From Reclinomonas americana ATCC 50394 (Eukaryota), in contig PS015773.1 of assembly GCA_048213135.1 (NCBI GenBank), forward strand, positions 1,588-35,060: a DNA stretch of 33,473 nt. The letters are read 5' to 3'. The position numbers and the translations under genes are program-made. Shown here piece after piece: positions 23,001-32,514 of the stretch; position 1 is the first letter of the stretch; each line of letters starts with the position of its first letter. The notes under the pieces were generated by a model. That model made no database searches, was not told the DNA's origin, and worked only from the letters and a program-made list of their open reading frames with translations.

Positions 23001-25213
23001 TCGAGTAGCTTTCCGCAACTCTTCGATGCCTTCACGAAGAGGTCGCATGCAGTCCTCTCGCTGCATCACCAAGGGAAGAAGAGCAAAGGAGAACGGTACC
23101 ATTTTTGAGAAACCGCAACAACACACCAAGGTGTGAACAATCACATTACAACTGACCATGACGTAGAATTGCAATGCCAAGTACTGGTCAATCGACTCGA
23201 GTTTGTGCGACGTGGTGATGTTGGTGTTGAGGGCTGCAGCGACTTGATCCAAGCGGCGGTTGTCAATGAGTTCCTCCAGCTCGGGGAAAAGTGGCACCGT
23301 TCGAAACTCCTCTGCTCCACGACTCATGGTGAGTACGTATACGGCAAGGAGCGTGGCACACCGCCTATGAATTCGCACTCACCAGTGAGGCCGTCGAGTG
23401 AGGCCGGCTGACCTGCGCCTGTCGCTTGCCTGGCGTTTGGTTGTCGACGAGCTCGCTGCTGCCGCAGAACTTCCTCCGCAGCATCTTGGGCCGCAAACAA
23501 CCGATCACTGACTGCGATGATAGCATCCATCAGCTCGCGGCCCGCGACAGCAGACTGTCCGGGCCTGCTTGCGCTGGAGGCCGTCAGACAATCCATCAAT
23601 ATTCGAATTGTGTCGACGGGAATCAACTCCAGAGGGTTTTCAACGCGCCCAAAAACGGCGACATACAGCCGAAGCAGGTGAAACAACAATTGGAAGTCAC
23701 TGACTTGCATCTCGTTGCTCTCAATAGCGTCCTGCATGGCACCAATTCCACACGCACACATGTACTCAGCATTGCATCGACCGACGTCGACTCGTAGCTG
23801 AGTGTTGACTCACCTGCAAATACAGCCGGATGCTCTGAAGGCGACCGGTAAACTTGCGGCATGCCCACAATGCATGCACCAGCTTGATAGATGCATGTTG
23901 TTGGTAAGTCGACGCCTCCAGCAGGAGAGGAACGATCTCCACCAGCCGGTCGAAATCCTCGTCAGAAGGGCAGGCACTGCCAGTGAAATTCGCCTCCATT
24001 GCCGACATGAACTCGGGCGCCGTCAGATCGAGTATCACCTCGTTCGCGACGGAAGAAGTGAGCGCAGCATTTGATGCGCCTGCTTTCACCCGCTTGAAAC
24101 AGTCTCGAAGAAGCACGGCGGGTGGCATTGGACCTGGAGGGAGGAGAGCTAACGTGAGCACAATCGCAGTGGCGTGCTTCACAACGAACTCACGTGCTGG
24201 CTTTCGCTGCTTCTCAGACGGAGAAGACTTTGAAGCCGAGGCCGGAGGAGATTTTGCAGAGGACGCTGAGACGGAGGAGGCGTGTTGAGAAACAAGGCAC
24301 CCGATGCACGGACGGCATGGTAGTCACCTTGAGCTCGAGAGGAAGCAGCTGCAGGGGGGCTCTTCGCGCTCCCATGAGCGCGCGGTGTGCGTGGCTCTGC
24401 ATGTGGTGAGTGACGAGAATGCATTGTGAACATTGTGTGTCAACACACCTGCTGACGAGCTGCCGACCTGCTTGCGAGGTTTCTTGTGGGCATGAGTGGC
24501 CGGGGGAGCAGCAGCGGTGGCCTGCTGCGCATGCGATGCAGGCGGTTTCGCACGCTGAGAAGCTTTGGAGGATCCGGACGCTGCAGGTGCATTCCCCACG
24601 CTGGGTTCTGCTCGTCGCCGTCAGCGAGAACACAGCGGTAGAAGGGCGCAGTGAGCACCCTGAACCTCCCACACACGATATCAACGATCGGGAAGAATGA
24701 ACTCACTTTTGCGGACAGGACCGGCGGTGGGTATTGGGGGACGTGAAGCACTCGCTCCCACGTTTCCCGATGCACCGCCGCCGGCTGCAGCGGTGGCAGT
24801 CGGGGTCGCTGTGTTGGTGGCACGCACGTTCACAGTCTGCGTGAGCCTGCCCTCCCCGAGCGCCTCCGCCACCAAGCCGGCGAACACCGGCTTACTGAGG
24901 ACAGGAAGTGCGCGCTCACTCGCACCCTGCGCAGCAATATCCAGCATGGTTAGTGCGCCGAGTACGTAGTAGAGCACTCGGGCGAGCGCGATGCAATCGC
25001 AACAGCATCGTCGTCTTGGCCAATCCTCATCTGAAACGCGTCATAACGGGAATGCTTCGCGACGTGGTCGCGCAACGATTGCCACTCTGCAGCTGCGGCA
25101 CTTGCTGTTGCTGCGCTGTCGTCGAGCTCCTTGCGCCAAGGCGGTATACCAACATCGCACTCAAAGTACACCGTGATGGTGGCACGCGTGGTGCCACCGC
25201 TCCCAGAGGCCAT
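17073..25213 (-). CDS. ZNFX1: NFX1-type zinc finger-containing protein 1 (ZNFX1)-like UPF1/SF1B RNA helicase with NF-X1 fingers, RING-like domain and C-terminal RZ finger
   Basis: Helicase motifs: REDCMRPLREGI, MVESTSSYFEA, IQGPPGTGKTYIG, CYTNHAIDQFLE, IRIGGRS, MTTTAAAKY, VIVEEAAE, LIGDHKQLRP, SLFERL, QHRMRPEI, LTTYTGQ, DYQGEENDIILLSLVRSN, NRICVALSRARH. These are followed by many LxCGHxC repeats, FVELVDCHHVFEV..KCPSCR, and the RZ finger GHWFKCPNGHPYFIGECGGAM..CPDCGATVGG. The 5' exons (ATG 25213) join in phase but are less certain than the core. Confidence 0.92.
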
Positions 25214-25450
25214 TTTGAGGATTGAAAAAAAGGTGAGGATGCGACGGCGATCGCGACCCGCATTCCTGTCAAATGCATCACATTCCGACCATGTTTCCGG
25301 CCACCACGACTGCGCACAAAGATTCTCACGCCCGGGATAAATGTGCATGTGATCATCTGCCCCGCCAACTTGAACGCACTTGGACCGGCGGTTCCAGCTT
25401 GCCTTGTACAAAACGCATTTCGAATTTTCCTGTCACCTTCTTCTTGTCAC

Positions 25451-27345
25451 ATGGCTGTGAGCTTGTCGACTGAGGCCTTTGCGACGGCGATTCTGCACGC
25501 GTCCGCACACCCCACACGCGCCGTATGCGGAGTGTTTGTGGGCACACAATCGGGAAAGCACGTGGAGGCGCGCCACGCATGCCCTCTCTTCCATCTCTGG
25601 CTCAACTCGTCGGCCATGCTGGAGGTGGCGCTGAGCATGGTGCGGGAGAAGGGAGAGAGGGAGGGAGGGAGAGGGGGAGTGGGGGAGGTGGGAGAGAGGA
25701 GTGTGTGCAAAAGTGTGCTAAAGTACGTGTGCAAGTGTGTATGTGCAGATGTGTGTTGAGTGAGGGTGTGTGTGCAAGAATGTGTGCAGTGTGTGTATGT
25801 GTGCGTGCAAGAGTGTGTGCAAGTGAGTGAGTGTGTGTGCAACAGTGCACACGTGTACAAGAGTGTGCAAGTGTGTGTGTGCAGCTGGTGCAACAGTACG
25901 CAAGTGTGGTGTGTGTGCAAGAGTGTGTGTGTGTTTCAGTGGTCATGAGGCATCTCTCTCTTTCTCTCTCTCTCTCCCTTTCTTACACGTGTGCGTTTCT
26001 CTTCTTTTTTTTTCTTGTGTAGATTGAGGCGTTGTATCCGGGCGAAGAGATTGTCGGCTGTTATCAGGCCAATGAGCGTGCGGATGATGCGGAGCGTGAT
26101 TGCATTGCGCGCTCGTTGCATGCGATGCTGGTGGATCGAGTTCCGCAGGCGTTCTTGTGGATGGTGAGTGTGGGAGAAGGGAAGGGAAAGAGGAGAGAGA
26201 GAGACAACATCATTCTCTGTCACGCATTGGAGAGACTGGGAAGCAGGCGTTCCCTCCTCCTTCATCGCACACGCTGGGAAGCAGACGCGTTCCCTCTTCT
26301 CTCTCACGCCCACACACATTCTCTTGTTCTGAGAGACAGAGACAGCCGCATTCTCTCTTTCTGAACACTCGTCCCTCACTCCCTTTCTCTCTCAGAGCGA
26401 GTGGGGGGCAGAACAAGTTACACGATTCCCCACCACTCTCCCTCTTACCACTTATGCGCGCAATCCCTCGTTGAGAGTGGCAGAGACAGCCACATTCTCT
26501 CCTCTTGAACGCATTTGAGAGACAGGAAGGCTGACGCATTCTCTCCCCTTCCCTCGCGTTGGAAACTGGACGCGTTCCCTTCTGCATCTCTCTCACTCGC
26601 TCTCATTCTGGAAGACAACCGCATTCACTCACTCTCAACTCTAGCGCACACACTCCCTCACTCAGAGAGATAAGATAACAACAGACTCATTCTTTCCCCT
26701 TTCTCTCTCACTCCTCTCCTTCTCACACTCTGGGGGCAGAACAACAGGCACGATTCACTCACCTCCCTTCTCATGCATTCGGAGGGACAGGAGGCAGACA
26801 CGTTCCCCGTTCTCTTTCACACACACACACACGTTACCCTCACACACGCACACGATCCCTCACTCGGAGAGACAGGCAGACGCATACCCTCCCCTCCTCG
26901 CCCTCTCCATTTTTTAATACACGTATCCCTCATTTGGGGAGGCAGAGCAACGTGTGCGATCCTTACTCCCCCTCCCTCCCCACCCTTCCCTCTCCCCCTC
27001 TCCCTCCCTTCTCTACCCCCTTCCCCTCACGCCCTCTTTCCCCCCTCCCCAGGTCCACAACGAGGAGCTTCACCTCCAACAAGATGTGTTTCCGGGCACC
27101 GTTGCGTCCGCTCTCTCACTTTCTTCCCCAGCCTCTTTCCTAATTAACGTGGCCCACAGCTGTACGTCGAGAAGCGCTTGCTCGACGCCGTCGAGTGGCT
27201 GGGAGGGGCGACGGTGAAGAGTGCAGTGGCAAAGACGGCCGCGGTGCGCAAGGCCCACGTGTCGGTGTTTGATTTCGACGATCACTTTGCCGACGTGTCG
27301 CTGGACTGGAGGAATCCGCAGGTGGCTGAAGCGCTGCGAGTATAG
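25451..27345 (+). CDS. EMC8: ER membrane protein complex subunit 8/9 (UPF0172, catalytically inactive MPN domain)
   Basis: Four exons (25451-25639, 26023-26163, ~27053-27100, ~27160-27345) give AFATAILHASAHPTRAVCGVFVG..ACPLFH..MLEVALSMIE..IVGCYQANE..VFDFDDHFADVSLDWRNP*. Confidence 0.9.
25700..25935. repeat. Degenerate GTGCAAG(AG)TGTGT tandem repeat in EMC8/9 intron 1
   Basis: GTGCAA recurs about 10 times within GT-rich sequence. Confidence 0.75.
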
Positions 27346-27462
27346 CATGGACGTATGCGTGGAACAGGAGAGTTGTCATGCGTAGCGCATTTTTTGTTTG
27401 TATTGGTAAGGGGCGCATTCGACTCGGCGAATGAGTGAGCGCGAGAGGGAGTGGACTCGTGT

Positions 27463-30400
27463 TTACAGCACCGGCGTGACGGCGACAGCCATGGACTCCT
27501 GTGCGTGACTGGGTGAGAACAGCGTGCGTGAGCAGGAGTTGATGTGGCTGTTTGCGCAACGATGGCACACTCGTCGGTTCCGCGCTGTGACACAATGTGA
27601 GTCATGAAGCGAAAGACAAGGAGAGACAAAAAAAGGCAGAGTCGACTTACCCGAATGCGGAAGAAACCGTCCTCGCCCCAGGCAGTCTGCGCGAGATGGC
27701 AGTGAGAGGAGTGGGGGAGCAAGAGGCAGCATGCAACCAAGGGAGAGAGAGAGAGACAAACCCCTGTGTTGTTGTGGACATGGCGACGATGAACGCAAAA
27801 GAAATGTGAGAAGACGGGGCATCTTCAGTTGTCTGTCAACCAAGCAACTCACCCCTGCAGTCACACGAGTGAGACATCGCACGACAAGCACACATTGTGG
27901 ACGAAGATATACTCACCAGCTGTTCTTGACCTTCCAGAACTGCGACGATGACGAGGAGACTCGTGTTAGTCAAGAACGGGGGAGGACACGCGCCGAAGCG
28001 AGCAGCGACTCAACCTTCACGCCATCGGATGTGGTTCCGTATCCGACAATTACCACGACTGCAAAGCAAAGAGAGAGGAGTAAGAGGGATAGTCATGCAG
28101 GCTCGGTGGCACGACCACAAACCATCTGCGCAAATGACGACACGTGAGTGGTGCGCAGCATGTCAAAATCAATGACAAAAGGCGCAACGATTGGTCAGCT
28201 GGAACGGGTTGAAGGTCACCAGGTGCGACACTGCGGTGTGCGAGTACACGCCACCCTGCCAGGCAAGCTTCAGTCCAGCAAACGACACACTCTAACCATC
28301 GGTAACGCCACACACCTTGTAGTTGTGCAGGTCGGGGTATACCTCGAACGAGACAGCAATCGGGCCATTCGCCACCAACTCCTCCATCATGTTCAGCTCC
28401 GTGGCCGCACCGTAGTAGCCACCAATGTAGTGGTAGTCGCTGTGCAACGGAGCATGTCAGAGGGAGGGAGAGAGTGACGAAAAAAGCGTGGCGAAAGGGA
28501 ACGAAACGAGGTCCAGTGCAGGCGCGGGTTGGAGCAGCGCTTCGAGCACGACACCTACAGCCATGGATGGTGAGAGAGGTGACAGAAGCGGCAGCGTGTC
28601 CTGCACACACCTCCGTGGCAACATACGGGAAGCAGCTCTCCTCCACGTGTCCAAAGTCGTGGCCGTACTGTGCGGTCGCACGAGGCGAGTGCAGTGAGCG
28701 ACGACTAAATTACACAGGGAGACGAAGAGAACCAGACCTTGCCAGCAGCCAGGTACGGGAAGCCGCCTGCGTCAACACATTTCGTCAGTCGGGTGCACTC
28801 GGCACAGGAAGAGAGGTGACAACACACACCGTTGCAGCCGTGCGAGTAGACAGAGCACGAGACAATGTTCTGAGTACTGAGAATGACCTACACAAATACA
28901 CGCGCACGTGCGTACGTGAGCAAAGCACTCAAGTCATACACTTCAAGCAAGGCAGGCAGGCAAACGCACCGTGTTCGTGTTGTTGGAGAGAATGCGCAGG
29001 CGAGCCTCGAGTGTGGCCGCCGACGCAAAGGCGTAGCAACTGCCGCATTGCTGTGTGGTGCACGGTGATGCGCGCGCATGAGCAAGTCAGAGTGGGGGAG
29101 GGAGGGAGAGAGGGAGGGAAAGAGTGCGACTCACCCCCTGGTTGCTGTTGGCGAAAACGAGAAAAAGAAGCAGATGAGTTCACAGCGTGAGAGAGACAGC
29201 AATCGCGCGACAGGCACGCACCGAATGGGCGACACGTAGCTCACCTGTACAAAATAACACAATCAGCACGTGAGAGACTGCCATAGCACCCCCTGCATTT
29301 CGTGTGTATCACGCAACTCCATTGACATTGGTCCAATCCCACGAGTCCGGCAGCGTCGACGACAGCGACGTGGCCGCGTTCTCCGCCAACTCCGGCTTCT
29401 GCGGCTTGGTGACAGCGGCGGCCAACTCCTGGCGCGCATACGAGCCACCGGCACGGCGCTCCATCTGAACAAGGCAGCGTGGTGAGCTCGAGTTCACAGG
29501 TGTGATCCGAGTCACGCTTCACGCAACATCGCCAATGGTCAACCCGAGGTGCTCGTCGTAGGTAGTGGCCGTCCACAGGCTCTGCGCCTTGTTGATGGCG
29601 TCCACAAACTCAAAATCGTGCTCGTACCTATGCACACGCCATGTGAGTCGACGACATACACGAACGAGGCATCACGAAACACAACTTGAGCTGGGCGCGG
29701 AGCGGGTCGACCACGGCCAAGTCGAGGCTCGTGCGGAGCGGCACCTTGGGCGTCTCCGGCGCGTTCTGCGTCTTGATGCCAAAGTAGCAGCCCCAGTTGC
29801 CCGGCTACAAGTGCCATGAGACGAATGAGCAGCGCACGCACGAAACACAATCTATGCTCTTCAAACGGCCTCACCGCATACTGCTCTCCATCGTTATGGT
29901 ACCACCCCGGCAGCGTCTCGGAGCACACAGAGGTCACATGGCCACTCGGATCGGTCACCCACTTGGAGAAGGCGAAGAAACGACGACCGCCGACCTTGAC
30001 TGCACTCACGGTTGAGAACAATGACGCCAAACACACAATGACAAGCGAGAAAACAAACCGTCAAACGACCTGTCATGAGGGGGTTTACATAACAACAGAA
30101 GGTGATTAGTGAGTGTGCAGTGCGCGCCTGTGCACGGTTCTGTTTGTTACACGAAACATGGAATAAATCATGGTCCAGAAACCCTGATTGCCGGCACTAT
30201 CCGTGACCTTGTCGGGGTAATCCAGTGTGACTGTGTACGTGTTCTCCACCTATTGTACGCGCATCCACTGAGCACACACACAGTGGAGAAGAACAAACAA
30301 GCGCGCGCGCAACAGTGAAGGGATTGGTGCAGTTGATGTTGTCACGAGTGAAGCCGGCCGGACCCAAGTGGAACGTCCACGTGCCACGCACCTGTGACGC

Positions 30401-30613
30401 GCGTGCACAGTGAGTTGCAGTCTGTGAGAGAGAGACAGACAAAGACGCAACGTCCTCGTACATGCAGTTTGCGGGGGTCTGTGACTGCGTGTGTGAGCGA
30501 AAAAGATGATCACAAGTGCGTGCATGACACGCAACATCAGCCACCACTGCATATGGAGCAGCAGCGACACAAAACACCGCGAGGAACACGAGAAGAAGCG
30601 CGCAGAACTTCAT
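27463..30613 (-). CDS. CTSC: Cathepsin C / dipeptidyl peptidase I (papain family C1A with exclusion domain), >20 introns
   Basis: Signal peptide, then the exclusion domain D|TPANCMYED|VRGTWTFHLG..WTMIYSMSFDVKVGGRRFFAF..NWGCYFG. Propeptide FVDAINKAQSLWTA. Mature region [103 protein letters not shown]. Confidence 0.95.
27762..27854 (-). other. Two tandem 2-nt microexons (GG at 27853-27854 and GG at 27762-27763) of cathepsin C
   Basis: Minus strand reads AGCTG|gtgagt..ctgcag|GG|gtgagt..acacag|GG|gtttgt..gcgcag|ACTGCC = S-W-G-T-A; introns of 62, 89 and 75 nt. Confidence 0.8.
28123..28125 (-). other. 3-nt microexon (ATG) completing the catalytic His codon of cathepsin C
   Basis: AAT C|gttgcg..gcgcag|AT G|gtttgt..ttgcag|TC GTG = N-H-V-V; introns of 63 and 64 nt. 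Confidence 0.88.
29135..29144 (-). other. 10-nt microexon of cathepsin C (R-N-Q-G, oxyanion-hole Gln)
   Basis: caacag|CAACCAGGGG|gtgagt restores [10 protein letters not shown]. Confidence 0.88.
30059..30069 (-). other. 11-nt microexon of the cathepsin C exclusion domain
   Basis: tgacag|GTCGTTTGACG|gtttgt gives IYSMSFDVKV, colinear with the cathepsin C IYNQGFEIVL motif. Confidence 0.8.
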
Positions 30614-30666
30614 GAAAAGCGGATGTAATGAAAAGCACATGAAAATTCTTCGCTGCAATCACTCAC

Positions 30667-32004
30667 ATGGAAAGCTTTGCTGAGCGTGAGGAGGCACTGT
30701 TGAAGGCGATTTTCCGTGCACGAAAACAGAGTGCAAGTTGTGTGTGTGTGTCCACTGTGTGTGTTGCATCTGTGCTTTTCTCATTGTGGTGTTTCATGTG
30801 CAGAGGAGCGCATTCTTGCATCGGACGCGGTTCTGTTTGCACTGCGATGTTCCGCGAGTGTTGTTGATGAGCAAGAGGACGATAAAGAGGAAGAGGAGCA
30901 CAGCAGTGTGTTCATGTTATGCCTGCGTCTGAGCATGTCTGTCATCATCACTGATGATTGCTCACTGTTGACATTCTCTAGATCGCAATTGTTGAGTGTG
31001 TTGCAAAGCAGTGCTGTGTTGCGTGCAGTGGAGGAGCATGCAGCAACAGTGGTGCACGTGGAGGAGGAGGAGGAGGAGGAAAGCTTCGTTATGTTGCCTC
31101 CATCGCCATCACTGCAGATCGTTACCATGCCATCGCCGACGCGATGGATGCAGCAACAGTCGCCACTGATGAGTCGACGCGCAATGTCACCAGTGACCAC
31201 ACGGACTCCGTCGTCTCCGTGTGGTGTGGATCACAGTGGACTGTTGTTTTCGTTGTTTGCGGAGCGGCGGCAGCACGGCGAGAGTGTGTCGTTTGTGGAT
31301 CTCTTGCGCATGTGTCACACGTCGCAGTTGCTTGACAATCGGTTGACGGTGGTCGCGGTGGCGGAGATGGTGGAGCGAGTGACGGCGGAGCGGTGTCGTT
31401 GCGTTGCTTATGCGTGTGTGGAGCGCGATCGGAGGCTCACTGCTTCCGCGCAGCCATGAGTTTGTCGTATGAGCAGTTTCGGCAGGTGCTGGAGGAGATC
31501 TCGGTGTCCAAGTTGCGTCGCTGCACACGATGACGGCGATGATCGCTTCTGCTGCTTAGAGGACATGTATATCGCTGCAGGGATCGCAAAATGTCGGGTC
31601 ATGTCACGAGTCCGGTGTCGCTGGCGCGCATTGCCGACATGGTGGCCGGCGCGTCGCAGTCTCGTTCGCGTATCAACTCGCTTCTCATGCGACGGTTTGT
31701 GGTACTTGCAGACGGTGCGCACGCTTGCGCCAGCGTTCTCACGTGTCTGTGTGTGTGGCAGAAACGGGCCGGCGCAATCGCCCTCGTCTCCTTCTCCACC
31801 GCCACCACCTCCACGACCACAATCGCCTGCATCGCCACCGGCACGCACTCCGCCTCCGCAGCGTCTCCCGCTGAGTGAGCGCATCCGCCAGCGCGTTCAT
31901 CCACTCCAATCGTCGGCCGTGTCGGCGCGCTCCCCGCTGTCGGCCATGGCCAGCAGCATGCTGTCGTCCGGCACGATGCACTTGACCGATCTGGAGTCGT
32001 CGCT
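30667..32004 (+). CDS. Hypothetical protein with a p25-alpha/TPPP-like (EF-hand-like) domain and Ser/Pro-rich linkers, 3'-partial
   Basis: ATG at 30667 (MESFAEREEALLKAIFRARKQ..). The spliced segment LFSLFAERRQHGESVSFVDLLRMCHTSQLLDNRLTVVAVAEMVERVTAERCPMSLSYEQFRQVLEEISVSK resembles the p25-alpha pattern. The last visible donor is at 32005, before the N gap. Confidence 0.6.
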
Positions 32005-32122
32005 GTTGCGTACTCTCCTTCCGCTTTCGCTTCCACTTCTCTTCCTCCATCTCTTCCCTTCTCTCCCCCTTCTCTCTTCCCCTCCATCTTCCCCTTCTAT
32101 CCCCACTTCTCTCCCCCCTTCC

Positions 32123-32457
32123 NNNNNNNNNNNNNNNNNNNNNNNNNNNNNNNNNNNNNNNNNNNNNNNNNNNNNNNNNNNNNNNNNNNNNNNNNNNNNN
32201 NNNNNNNNNNNNNNNNNNNNNNNNNNNNNNNNNNNNNNNNNNNNNNNNNNNNNNNNNNNNNNNNNNNNNNNNNNNNNNNNNNNNNNNNNNNNNNNNNNNN
32301 NNNNNNNNNNNNNNNNNNNNNNNNNNNNNNNNNNNNNNNNNNNNNNNNNNNNNNNNNNNNNNNNNNNNNNNNNNNNNNNNNNNNNNNNNNNNNNNNNNNN
32401 NNNNNNNNNNNNNNNNNNNNNNNNNNNNNNNNNNNNNNNNNNNNNNNNNNNNNNNNN
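32123..32457. other. Assembly gap flanked by CT-rich and (GA)n low-complexity sequence
   Basis: Run of N; (GA)n at 32458-32495. Confidence 0.99.
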
Positions 32458-32500
<43 letters not shown>

Positions 32501-32514
32501 TGGTAGACTCGTAC

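Noticed and set aside
25451-27345. MPN/JAB domain near an E1, suggesting a bacterial-style E1-JAB defence operon
   Set aside because: The protein has EMC8/9 signatures (PLFH, GxYQANE, DFDDH..DWRN) and lacks the JAMM HxH..D metal motif. It is a housekeeping ER complex subunit.
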